Assembly: GCA_951406725.2 (NCBI GenBank)
Contig: OX597820.1
Span: 33,294,001-33,358,000 of the forward strand
From: Octopus vulgaris
Taxonomy: Eukaryota
DNA length: 64,000 nucleotides
Direction: 5' to 3'
Shown: positions 14,452-26,506 of the stretch, one piece after another
Layout of the letters: the number at the start of each line of letters is the position of its first letter
Numbering within the stretch: position 1 is the first letter of the stretch
Translations under genes and position numbers: made by a program
The notes under the pieces: model-generated
The model's database searches: none
What the model saw: the letters and a program-made list of their open reading frames with translations, nothing else
Told to the model about the DNA's origin: nothing

Positions 14452-14797
<346 letters not shown>

Positions 14798-14832
14798 ATG
14801 CGTATATGTATGTATACATGTATGTATGTATG

Positions 14833-14863
<31 letters not shown>

Positions 14864-14959
14864 GTAAGTATGTACGTACTGATATCTGTATATAACTGTA
14901 TATCTTTTAACGTTTATTTGTTTTAGTCATTAGACTGTGAGCATGGTGGGGAGTTTAGA

Positions 14960-15007
14960 GAGACTACATTGAGTCTGTGTCGCATAACACAGACTCAATG
15001 TAGTCTC
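14960..15007. repeat. Perfect 21-bp inverted repeat with 6-nt spacer
   Basis: GAGACTACATTGAGTCTGTGT-cgcata-ACACAGACTCAATGTAGTCTC. Confidence 0.9.
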
Positions 15008-15056
15008 CTATATATATTCTTCTGTTACTACCTTTCTGATGTTTTCTTCATCTTTT

Positions 15057-15172
15057 TGCACTGAGGAGAAGGGTAATACGTAATTAAATTAATTTAATTT
15101 AATTATAATTAATTAAATTTTTTTTCCATGTTTCTTACATGTTGGTGTTATCATTTGAAACGACCGTATGGA
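15057..15172 (+). ncRNA. Putative Penelope-type type I hammerhead ribozyme with enlarged helix II (degenerate)
   Basis: CTGAGGA at 15061. Helix II GAAGGGTAATAC/GTGTTATCATTT encloses an AT-rich insert. GAAA-CGACCG-TA at ~15157-15168. Confidence 0.45.
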
Positions 15173-15421
15173 TTAAAATTTTATAAAACTTTTAACATCC
15201 CTTCTCCATCTTTAATTGTTAGTTGAGTTTATATAGGATTGTATCCTTTATATGCTCATAACTTACATTTTACTTGTTAAATTTTCATATTTTTTAAATA
15301 AATACTTACAAGAGTAAGCTAAAATTTAATATGAAGAATCTTTGTTAGAAGTCTGACTTCGGACTCCCACCAATGTAAAAATTGAACTCAACCTTTCTCA
15401 TATAAATTATATATATATATA

Positions 15422-17048
15422 CAGTTACGGCCAAAATGTTCAGAACGGTATTGCTTTCTCAGAAAAGTAAGTATAAGTTTTTATCAAAGTAGTTTTATAT
15501 TCATAATTTTCACAGACAATAAATACAATATTAATTGTTATTGTCTGAGATTTTGGTGTAATTTGAGAGGATAATACAAAAGTTATGGATGATTTAGTGA
15601 TTTACTGCAAAACCCATGGCGGCCAAAATGATCAGAACGGTTGAAAAAATAACAAAATAATCAAAAATGACAGAGAATACTGGAATTATTTAATATTTAG
15701 TGTGAAGCCCTTTAGCTTCAATCACACTCTGACATCTTCGACTGCATGAGGAAATTAAATTTTCAATTTCTTGCTGGGTGATCTTATTCCATTCTTCCTG
15801 AAGGGCATTCCATAATTGCTCAGTTGTTTTAGGATTTCTGGCTTTCGAACGTTCTCCTAGAATATTCCATACATTTTCAATAGGATTGAGATCTGGGCTT
15901 TGAGCAGGCCAATCCATAACAATAACCTTTTCAGCCTTGAGGAAGTTCATGACCACTTTAGCCTTGTGACATGGGGCATTGTCCTGCATGAATATGGGTG
16001 GTCGCTTAGTTGAATTTCTCAGCACAGGCAAGACATGATCTTTTACAAGTTGTTTATAAACTCCTGCATTTACCTTTCCATGTAATCGCACCAAAGGGCC
16101 CACACAATCTCCAGATATCATCCCCCAAACCATGACACTTCCTCCACCGAATTTAACACTAGTCTTAAGGCATTTAGGCGACAATTTTTCACCTACTTTT
16201 CTACGAACGTACCTTTTCCCATCTGAGCCAAATAACATAAACTTAGATTCATCACTGAAATGCACCGTTTGCCATTTTTCTTGAGACCACAACACATGTT
16301 CGGTTGCAAAGGTAAGACGACACTTTTTATTCTTGGAGCTGATCAGTGGCTTCACTGCAGGTGCTCTTGCTTGTAGGTCATGTTCAACTAAACGACGAGA
16401 CACAGTTTTTCGAGATAAAGTTTTCTTCAATACAATGCTCATTTTCCGAGAACCAGCAGCAGCAGTTTTAAATTCTGTCCTTTTTAACCAACTTTACCAT
16501 AGCACGATCTTCTCTCTTGGTCGTTTTCTTGGCCTACCTGTAAACTTTCTTGCTTCACACGAACCACAATCATCGTAGACCTTAAGAATACCGTGTACAA
16601 CACTTTTTGACTTGTTAACAATCTTTGCAATAGATCCAATACTTAAATTATCCTTCCTTCGAAGCTTAATAATCTGCTGACGAATTGGTAACAGAGTAAG
16701 TGGCATTATATTAACAAAGTACACTGCAAATATTCTTACTAATGTTTAGTAAACGAACCATCACGTAAACAAATTCAAAACATTAGAGTTCGCCGGTTAA
16801 ATATACTAAAACACGGAGTAAAAGCAACCGTTCTGATCATTTTGGCCGCCATGGGTTTTGCAGTAAATCACTAAATCATCCATAACTTTTGTATTATCCT
16901 CTCAAATTACACCAAAATCTCAGGCAATAACAAATAACATCGTATTTATTGTCTGTGAAAATTATAGAATATAAAACAACTTTGATAAAAAATTATATCT
17001 ACTTTTCTGACGAAAACAATGCCGTTCTGAACATTTTGGCCGCCACTG
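15422..17048 (-). mobile_element. Tc1 DNA transposon, IR/DR type, ~220-bp TIRs, TA target site
   Basis: TIRs 15422-15643 and 16825-17048. Each has two direct repeats GGCCAAAATG(T/A)TCAGAACGG. Flanked by TA within (TA)n. DD34E transposase inside. Confidence 0.95.
15690..16706 (-). pseudogene. Tc1 transposase (DD34E), ~338 aa, with two compensating 1-bp frameshifts
   Basis: N-terminal HTH and GRPRK, then FSDESKF, MQDNAPCH, SPDLNPIE (34 residues between D and E). The N- and C-terminal ORFs share one frame; indels lie near 16525 and 16473. Confidence 0.9.
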
Positions 17049-17074
17049 TATATATATATATATGTGTATATATA

Positions 17075-17116
<42 letters not shown>

Positions 17117-17130
17117 TATAGTATAGATAA

Positions 17131-17415
<285 letters not shown>

Positions 17416-17420
17416 TAATT

Positions 17421-17562
<142 letters not shown>

Positions 17563-17641
17563 CTGAAGAAGTAAATATTATTCGATGGAGTTGAATACGG
17601 ACTGTTCCCACAGCCCCTTAATATTCTCTGAAACGGCCGTA
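17563..17641 (+). ncRNA. Putative hammerhead core with enlarged helix II
   Basis: CTGAAGA...AATATTA/TAATATT...GAAA-CGGCCG-TA with palindromic helix III. Helix I cannot be checked because the gap follows. Confidence 0.4.
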
Positions 17642-17644
17642 AGT

Positions 17645-17744
17645 NNNNNNNNNNNNNNNNNNNNNNNNNNNNNNNNNNNNNNNNNNNNNNNNNNNNNNNN
17701 NNNNNNNNNNNNNNNNNNNNNNNNNNNNNNNNNNNNNNNNNNNN
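17645..17744. other. Assembly gap (100 N)
   Basis: Run of N. Confidence 1.
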
Positions 17745-18740
17745 CAGACGACTTCGGAATCTCCTGCAACTCTTCTGGACAGACTCTTTGTTTAGGTTGG
17801 TGAATACTGCCATAACGCTTACCTTCAGTTCATCTTTGGTGATACAAGAAGTTTTGTTGGTTCCTTAGTCAACTGCGCCCCACACATAATAATCAGGTGG
17901 GTTGCAATCTGGGGAGTTAGGTGGCCAGATGTTTGGGGTGATGTGGTCGCAGAAATTGTCTGACCCCCATGACTGGCTTCTTACACTTGTGTGGCATGGT
18001 GCAGAGTCCTGTTGCTAGACATAGGGTCTTCCAGCAGCCACCCTCTTGACCCAGGACAGCACTACCTCCTTCAGGCACTTGATGTAGGCCTCCGTGTTGA
18101 GTTTGAGGCCGTGTGGGAAGCTGAATGGAGGTATAACGTCGCTATCACTATTGATCACCAAAGACACCATGATGTTGACTGAATTTTTGATTTTTATCAT
18201 TCTTGGTACATGTCCTCAGAGTGCACAGTCTTCAGGTTGACACCAGACACTCTGAAATGTCCGTACTGAAGCTTCCAGCGCGACTGGCAAGCAATACAGC
18301 ATGTCGTTTCCACATTTCTGGCAGAGTGAATTGCGTCACGGTGTTGTTTTTCTCACAGATATTGTTATATTTCGGAAGAGTCATTTTTTTTTGCCAAATA
18401 AACACACGCGCTATATATTCATTCTTCACTCGTTATTATTGTTCTTATCTTATCTTATATTCCATTGTCTGGAAATCTTTCGTCACACACCTGTGGTCTC
18501 TTCAGCGGCTCTTTCACCACACACGTGTATCCTGTTTTGTTTAGTCCATTCTTGTGGGCTGAACATGGACTAAACAGAACAGCAGGGCGCATGAGTGGAG
18601 GAAGAGTCGTTGAAGAGGTCACAGATGTGAGACTGAAGATTTCCAGACAATGGACGTAAGATAAAACAATAATATCGAGTGAATAACGAATATATAGTGC
18701 GTGTGTATATTTGGCAAGAAAAAAATATAACAATATATAC
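17745..18740 (-). mobile_element. Decayed DD37D (maT-like) Tc1/mariner element
   Basis: Minus strand VIPPFSFPHGLKLNTEAYIKCL...QQDSAPCH-...-SPDCNPPDYYVW, with 37 residues between the two Ds. Stops and an internal deletion. Confidence 0.85.
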
Positions 18741-18748
18741 ATACATGC

Positions 18749-18797
<49 letters not shown>

Positions 18798-18869
18798 GTA
18801 TCTATATGTATATGTGATTTATGTATGTATGTACGTATGTATAGAAATATAAGTGTGCGTGTCTGTGTA

Positions 18870-18906
<37 letters not shown>

Positions 18907-19211
18907 ACGAATACGTAACAATATGTATGCACTATTGTGTTGACCGAAAAACCAGTTAGTCATGTGTTTAAAGGGACCGTAATAGTAAACAGGGGTCCGC
19001 AATGGTTGTAATGAATTGATATTCATGTGTTGTTTGTGTTGTTTTTGTTTTATTGGTGCGTTTTATTGCTTTTGCAGGGGTTTTTTCGGTGTTTGGGAGA
19101 GTTTATTTTTGTTGAACGAAAAATAGTAGAAACAAAAGTGATTACCATAAAATTATGATAATGATGATGATAAAGATAATAATTCTTTCATCTGATACTA
19201 AAAAAGTAGTT

Positions 19212-19212
19212 G

Positions 19213-19306
<94 letters not shown>

Positions 19307-19307
19307 C

Positions 19308-19358
<51 letters not shown>

Positions 19359-19416
19359 TAAAATATTATTATTAAAAATATTATTAAAAATAATAATAAT
19401 AATAAAAAGAAACTCA

Positions 19417-19447
<31 letters not shown>
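19212..19447. repeat. (AAT)n switching to (ATT)n microsatellite
   Basis: Direct inspection. Confidence 0.95.
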
Positions 19448-19449
<2 letters not shown>

Positions 19450-22422
19450 GACAATCTTTTGCACTTCTTGCAGGGATGGTAAGCCAGGGATCATTCTCAT
19501 ATAATTTTCGGTTCCCTTCTTGATCATTCCTAGTGCTCCTACGATCACTGGTATTGTAACCGCCTTGAGATGCCACATTTTCTCAATTTCAATGAGTAGG
19601 TCTTTATATTTTCTGAGCTTGTCAAACTCTTTCGCTGAGATATTATGATCACAGGGGATGCTCATGTCGATCAATAAGCAAACTTTATTGTTTTGGTCTT
19701 TCACAACAATATCTGGTTTATTGGCCTTGATGGTTCGGTCTGTATGTACTGGAAAGTCCCACAGAATGGTTACATTTTCTCCTTCAGTTACAGCCTCAGG
19801 GTGGTGATTATACCACTTGTCGGCAGTTTTGATATTGTAATGCCGACTTATTAGCCAGTGGAGATATTGGCCAACTCTGTCATGTCTTAATTTATACTCC
19901 ACTGGTGCTAAGACTTTACATCCAGAGATTAGGTGGTCCACTGTTTCAATCATGTCGTTGCAGAATCGGCATTTTGGGTCTGCTCCATTTTTCATCACAT
20001 TGGCCTGGTAGTTCCGGGTTAATAGGCTTTGGTCTTGAGCAGCCAGGATGAAACCTTCGCTCTCTGCTTTTAGCCCTGAGCTCCGCAGCCACTGATGGGT
20101 TTGCTTCTGGTCAACATCAGCTTGTTTGCTGCGGGTCACATATTTGCCGTGCAGAGGTTTCTCCTCCCACCTATCAGCCAATTGCTCGTGCGCTTTTTTC
20201 ATTGCCATCATTTTCACCTTCTTTGCAACAATAGTTGCCGTACTTCCCTCGGGTTGTTCAGTTTGGGTATCCTGCACGAGATCAATAGCAAATTTTTTGC
20301 TTTCCTTGATGATAGAATGAAGCTTCTTTCGTCTCTCGTGATTTTCCACGAGCTTTAGCATCCAGTCATTCGATATTTCGAGATATTTGGCCAGTCCAAT
20401 TGTGGTTGTTTTGTAAGCTATTTCAAATTGGATCAGGCCTCGACCTCCTTGGGCTCTGGGAAGGTAAAGGCGATCTACGTCTGCCTTTGGGTGGTGCATC
20501 CTATTACAACTCAGCAGCTTGCGTATTTTTCTATCTATATTCTTTACTTCACTCATATTCCAGTTCAACACATTGTAGCTATAAGTAACAACTGGAACTG
20601 CTAAGGAATTTATAGCTAATACCTTGTTACGTGCATTTAGTTCAGATTTCAGGACTGCACGAACTCTCCTATAACATTCCTTCCTGATTTTCTCTTTCAT
20701 GCTTGCATGCTGAATACCAGAGCCTTCATTTATCCCTAAATATTTGTATGTCTGTTCTTGCTCAAGCTCTCTTATGACTGTGTCAACATCTAACACGACT
20801 GAATTTGTGGTCTTCACTTTCCCTTTCTGGAAAGTGGCCTTGGCACACTTCTCAAGTCCAAACTCCATCCCGATGTCATCGCTGAATGCTTTCACTGTGC
20901 GCAATAGGCCTTCAAGTTCATTATTGTCTTTACCATAAAGTTTTAAGTCATCCATATAAAATAGATGGCTTATTTTTTTATTGGCAATTTTATACCCATA
21001 CCCTGTTCTGTTTAATTCACTTGTAAGGGGTATTAGGGCTATGCAGAATATTAAAGGTGAAAGTGAGTCACCTTGAAAAATTCCACAGTTGATGTTTATA
21101 TTTTCTGAGGCAAGTACTCCATTAGAGTGGTATAATTGGAGATTCGTATTCCACAACGACATATTGTGCTTCAGGAAGTTTGAAATCACAGGGGAAATTT
21201 TAAAGATGTCCAGCGATCTCAAGATCCATGGATGCGGTATACTGTCGAAGGCCTTTTTATAGTCAATCCATGCGGTGCTGAGATTTCTGCGCTTGTTGTG
21301 ACAGTTCTCAAGGATCATACGATTGATTAGCAGTTGATCTTTGCATCCGTAAGAGCCTCGGCGGCACCCTTTTTGTTCAATGGGGAAAATATCGTTCTTC
21401 TCCATGAATGCATATGTTTTCTCCGCCAGGATAGATGTTAGGATTTTATACGTGGTGGATAGACAGGTTATAGGCCGATAGTTTTTTGGAAGGTTGGTTT
21501 CGTTATTCTTTGGGAGTAGGTAAGTAATGCCACTTGCTAACCATTCAGGTGTTTTCTTTGGGTCTCTCAAAATTCCATTAAGCAGCTGAACTAGCTTACC
21601 GTGTGCGCACGGGAGCGATGCGAGCCAGAAATTCGGCACCCTATCTTTACCGGGGGATTTCCAATTATGGGCCTTCGTGAGTGCCTTTCTTAGGTCTGCT
21701 ATTGTGATGTCTTCCCATGCTTGTTGTTGTAAATTTTGGTAGGATCCTTGAGTTTGTATAATCCAGTCTGCATTTATGTTGTACGTCTTCTTGTCACTCC
21801 AAATCCTTTCCCAAAAGTTTTGAACTTCTTCCATGGGAGGAGGGTCTTTAACGGTTACTTTCTCCTTCCCTATTTCTCTGTAGAATTTTTTGGCATTGGA
21901 TGTGAACAGCTTATTTTGCTTGTAAAACTTGTTTCTCTTCTCAAATCTTCGTATTCTTTGGGCTTTTGCTTGGACTTTTTGTTTCAGCCTTTCTTTTATT
22001 GATATCAGTTCTTCTCTTGGTGAGGATCCAAATTTTCTCTTCATCTTTCTTCCTGTTCTGGATCTTACATCATTTCCACATATTAGTTCATTTAATATTG
22101 ATATTTCCCCTCTCATAAATTCAATCTCTTTTTCAATTTTACTTCTCCAGGTTTGATTTCTTCCCAGGTTTTGTTTTCTTTGTTTTTTCGGGGGCATACA
22201 GCTGGTTTCAATTGCCCTAGCAGAAGCGTAAATAATTTCATTTAACTCAGTAAAATCAGGTTTTAATTCTCGTATTATTTCATTTGTTACATAGTTGGCA
22301 ATTTGGATTTGTTTTTTATTTTGGTTTGTATTTGAGAGTTTATGAAGCGGTTCTCTATCATTCATACTTGTATGTCTTACAACTTCAAGCGTATTCAGGA
22401 TTTTCTGCCTCATTTCTGCCAT
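19414..22422 (-). CDS. Reverse transcriptase / CCHC zinc knuckle / restriction-like endonuclease polyprotein (frame open upstream to ~22677)
   Basis: Motifs KSPGKD, NYRPITCL, EQKGC, WIDYKKAFDS, GIFQGDSLSP, YMDD, YKYLG, GGRGL, HGKY, CRFC..ETVDHLISGC, RHD, KPDIVV..IDMSIP..K. No internal stops. The last codons read into (ATA)n. Confidence 0.92.
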
Positions 22423-22757
22423 AGACTCTCTGTGTTCTTCAGCAAATGCGAGATCTTCAGTTACTGTTGTTTTTTCGTTTTCCTGGCTATCTTTAACAGG
22501 TACAATAGAATTTCTTGTATCTTCAGGCCTTTGCGTACTTTGGTCAGATGGCAGTCTTTCAATTAAGCCTCGTGGCGGGCTATACTGTTCATCTGATTCT
22601 TCATTTCCTTTGTGTCTTATATTTATGTCATTTTCCGTTGCGTGCTTGATCGCACTTATTTCACTGTCTGTGAGTCTTATTTCTAAAGATATCCCTCCTC
22701 ACATTTGCTAATTTGTTCTCGTCCAAATAGGGCCTACTGTCTTGATTGTCTACTGTC

Positions 22758-22758
<1 letters not shown>
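19448..22758 (-). mobile_element. R4/Dong-clade non-LTR retrotransposon, element 1, in (TAA)n; truncated at both ends
   Basis: Single ORF with RT, CCHC and RLE domains. Both ends abut TAA repeats. An N-terminal remnant YLDENKLANVRRDI lies at 22690-22730. Confidence 0.95.
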
Positions 22759-22827
<69 letters not shown>

Positions 22828-22859
22828 CATTATTTTTTTTAATAATATTTTTAATAATG

Positions 22860-22940
<81 letters not shown>
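22759..22940. repeat. (TTA)n microsatellite between the two Dong-like elements
   Basis: Direct inspection. Confidence 0.95.
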
Positions 22941-22943
<3 letters not shown>

Positions 22944-23944
22944 TAGTTTTATTTTTATAGCGTGCTTTCACTTCACTACCGAACGCAGCTCTGTGTGCCT
23001 TGGGTATGTGCTGTGATTTGTTGTGATGCTCTGATGGTTATTGTATGGAAAGTGTTCTGCGTAGGATGTGTGCAGTGCCTAGTAGTGCAATTTTCTGTAT
23101 GTTATATGTGTTTGTAAGCCCTGGTGTTTTTATTATGTATTTGTCTGAATATTTTTTTATCATGCCTAATGCACCTACTATGATAGGAATTGTTTCTGTT
23201 TTTAGATTCCTCATTCTGGTTATCTCTATTTCCAGGTCTTTGTATTTTGAAAGTTTCTCCATTTCTTTTAGAGACACGTTGTCATCTGCTGGTATTGATA
23301 CATCAATTAGAAAGCTTTTTTTTCTTCATGATCTCTGACAACTATATCTGGTCTGTTGGCCTTAATTTCTCTATCTGTGTGTATCGGCATATCCCAGAGT
23401 ATGGTTGCATTCTCGTTTTCTGTGACCTTTTCTGGTGGGTGCCTATACCATCTTTTTTCTGTTGTTATTTCATAATGTTGGCATAGCTTCCAGTGTATGT
23501 AGGTCCCAACTCTGTCATGTCTGTGAATATATTCCTTCTTAGCCAGGACTGGGCAGCCAGAGATAATATGATTTATTGTTTCTTGTCCATCTCCACATAT
23601 TCTGCAGTTACTTGTAATATTTCTTTTCATTACATGTTTTTGGTAATTTCTGGTGGGGAGGCTTTGGTCTTGTGCTGCAATTAAAAATCCCTCTGTCTCT
23701 GCTTTGAGTCCTGAGCTTCTCAACCATTGCTGGGATTTTTCTTTGTCTATTTCTTTTGCATTTAGTTTAGTCCAGTATTTACCATGAAGGGGCTTTTCTT
23801 GCCATCGTTTTATCATGGTTCTTTGCTGTTCTAGTTTTAGTTTGGATTTCATTTGTCTTATAGCTTTTGTTGTTTCTTCATCTTCTTCTTCTTCTTCTTC
23901 TTTTTCTTCTTCTTCTTCTTCTTCTTCTTCTTCTTCTTCTTCTT

Positions 23945-23975
<31 letters not shown>

Positions 23976-25581
23976 TTTGTTAGGTGGTATGATTTCTTGT
24001 TTGTATTTGTCAGCTTCCTTAAATACTGAGAACAGATTTTTGTTTTGCTCGTGTTTTGCCGCTATTTGTATCCGTTTTCCTTCCTTCTGAAGTAGATATT
24101 TTTGCAGTCCTATAGTGGTTATTTTATAGTAGTTTTCCAGCTGTATAAGGCCTCTACCAACTTCTATACGTTGTATATATAGTCTTTCTATGTCAGATTT
24201 TGGGTGATGCATCCTAGATCCTGTCATTATTTTTCTTGTTTTCCTATCTATTTCGGTCAGTTCATTTAGTGTCCAGTTAAGGATAGTGTAGCTGTAACTT
24301 ATAACTGGGACAGCTAAAGTGTTGATACCTATTATCTTGTTTTTAGCATTGAGCTCTGTCTTTAGTATTGATCTAACTCGTCTATAATATTCTTTCTTTA
24401 TTTTCTCTTTCATTTGTGTGTGTTGTGTCTTATCTAGTTCATGGATTCCTAAATATTTGTAAGTTTGGCTTTGGTCTAATTCTTTATTTCATTGGTTTTT
24501 TCTAGCGTTATGTTGCTACTCTTAACTAGTTTTCCTCTTTACAGGATTACTTTGGCGCATTTTTCTAATCCAAATTTCATATCTATTTCTTTGGTAAATC
24601 CATGAACTGTCTTTAATAGTGTTTCCAGCTGTTTGTCATTTGCAGCGTATAGTTTTAGGTCATCCATATATAAAAGGTGGCTGATCGTTTTGCCGTAACA
24701 TTTATATCCGCATCCAGTTCTATTTAGCATATCAGATAGAGGTGACAGTGCCAAGCAGAAAAGGAGTGGAGAGAGCGTGTCTCCCTGGAATATTCCTCTT
24801 CTAATGGGGATGGCTTTGGTTTTCATGAGTCCCTCTTTTGTTTGGAGCTGTAGCACTGTTCGCCAATTATTCATAGAGTGACCTATGTATTTTATAATTG
24901 TTGGTGCTACTTTGTTAATGGCTAGTGTTTCGAGGATCCATGTGTGGGGGATGCTATCAAACGCCTTTTTGTAGTCGATCCATGCCATACTGAGGCCTTT
25001 CTTCTTTCTGTGGCTGTCGCCAGTAATGGCTTTATTGATCATTAGTTGATCTTTACAGCCATATGAGCCTTTGCGGCATCCTTTCTGCTCTTCTGGAAAC
25101 AGGTTGTTTTCGTCCAGGTGCTTGTTTAATCTTTGTGATATTACTGCAGTAAATGCTTTGTACATTGTAGGGAGACAGGTTATAGGTTTGTAGTTTTCTG
25201 GTTTTGCTGTCTCATTGGATTTGGGAATTAAGATGGTTTTCCACTTCGTGAGCCATTCAGGCATTGTCTCTGGCTCTGCCAGTATGTTGTTAAAGCTTTC
25301 AGCCAGCTTTTTGTGTATTCCTGGTAGATATTTCAACCAGAAGTTGGGGATCTTGTCATGCCCAGGTGCCTTCCAGTTGCTTAGTCTTTGCAGTGCCTGG
25401 GTGACCTCTTCAGTTGTTATGGGGGTCCAAAGTTGCTCAGATGCTATGTTTGTTGTTTTAATACTCCTTTTTTTTTGGTTGTTCATTCGTCGACCATATT
25501 CCTTTCCAGAATTCTTCCACTTCTTCTGCCGTTGGTGCTGCAGTGATATCTATTTTATTCTTGCCAAGTTCTTGGTAGAAC

Positions 25582-25583
<2 letters not shown>
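22941..25583 (-). mobile_element. R4/Dong-clade retrotransposon, element 2 (different family), 5'-truncated, with intact 3'UTR
   Basis: ORF pieces 24539-25486 (RT: YKPITCL, DYKKAFDS, QGDTLSP, YMDD), 23973-24413, 23307-23852 (CRIC..HIISGC, RHD, RPD) and 23038-23277 (GTAHILRRTL*). A ~97-nt 3'UTR runs into (AAT)n. Frameshifts and stops present. Confidence 0.95.
23873..23972 (-). repeat. (GAA)n expansion inside the element-2 ORF
   Basis: (TCT)n on the plus strand, in frame as poly-Glu. Confidence 0.9.
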
Positions 25584-25647
<64 letters not shown>

Positions 25648-25687
25648 CATTATTATCATTATTATTATCATTATCATTATCATTGTG

Positions 25688-25993
25688 AGGGCGCGTGGCT
25701 TAGTGGTTAGGGCATTCGGCTCATGATCGTAAGGTTGTGAGTTCGATTCCCGGCGACGCGTTGTGTCCTTGAGCAAGACACTTTATTTCACGTTGCTCCA
25801 GTCCACTCAGCTGGCAAAAATGAGTTGTACTTGTATTTCAAAGGGTCAGCCTTGTCACTCTCTGTGTCACGCTGATTATCCCCGAGAACTACGTTAAGGG
25901 TACACGTGTCTGTGGAATTCTCAGCCATTTGCACGTTAATTTCACGAGCAAGCTGTTCCGTTGATCGTATCAGCTGGGACCCTCGTCGTCGTA
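25688..25993 (+). mobile_element. tRNA-derived SINE (family B-type head)
   Basis: GGCGCGTGGCTTAGTGGTTAG A box, GTTCGATTCC B box, then GTGTCCTTGAGCAAGACACTT. Confidence 0.8.
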
Positions 25994-26115
25994 ACCGGCG
26001 GAGTCTTTTTTTTTTAATCATTATCATTATTAGTATTAGTATTATTATTATGATTATTATTATTTTCATTATTATTATTAATATTATTTATTATTATTTT
26101 GATTATTATAATTAT

Positions 26116-26506
26116 ATGCCTCGATGTAGTACCAGGCAGTGGCTCTCATAGTTTTTGATCTTAACTGATTGGAAGTGTTATCATGTTCATGTTTTCTCTT
26201 AGTATCAAAAGACGGGCTACAGCAAATACTCTACTCAGTACTACAGATTTGCTTGTCAGTTGTTTGATTTTAAACAGTTGAGCAAGTCCCTCCCTTGGTG
26301 GCTGACGATATATGCATCTCTGATCACGAGCAGAAGTAGTGGATAAGCATCATGTGTTGAGAGGAATTCTTTGGGGTTTGAAAAATTCACTCCTGCAAAC
26401 GTAGGTGTTTCGTTCATCATCCATAAACAGACCTTATTAAGGGACCTTTTGAGCGTAATGGGCTACTCAAGCTGAAGAAAATTCTAACTGGGCCCCACTT
26501 GCAAGG
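26116..26506. mobile_element. Unclassified interspersed repeat fragment abutting (TTA)n
   Basis: Sharp boundary with the TTA tract. Resembles a common octopus repeat from memory; no diagnostic motif. Confidence 0.3.

Noticed and set aside
25688-25760. tRNA-like sequence (also 27737, 11330 and 52230)
   Set aside because: SINE heads continuing into SINE bodies; no complete cloverleaf.
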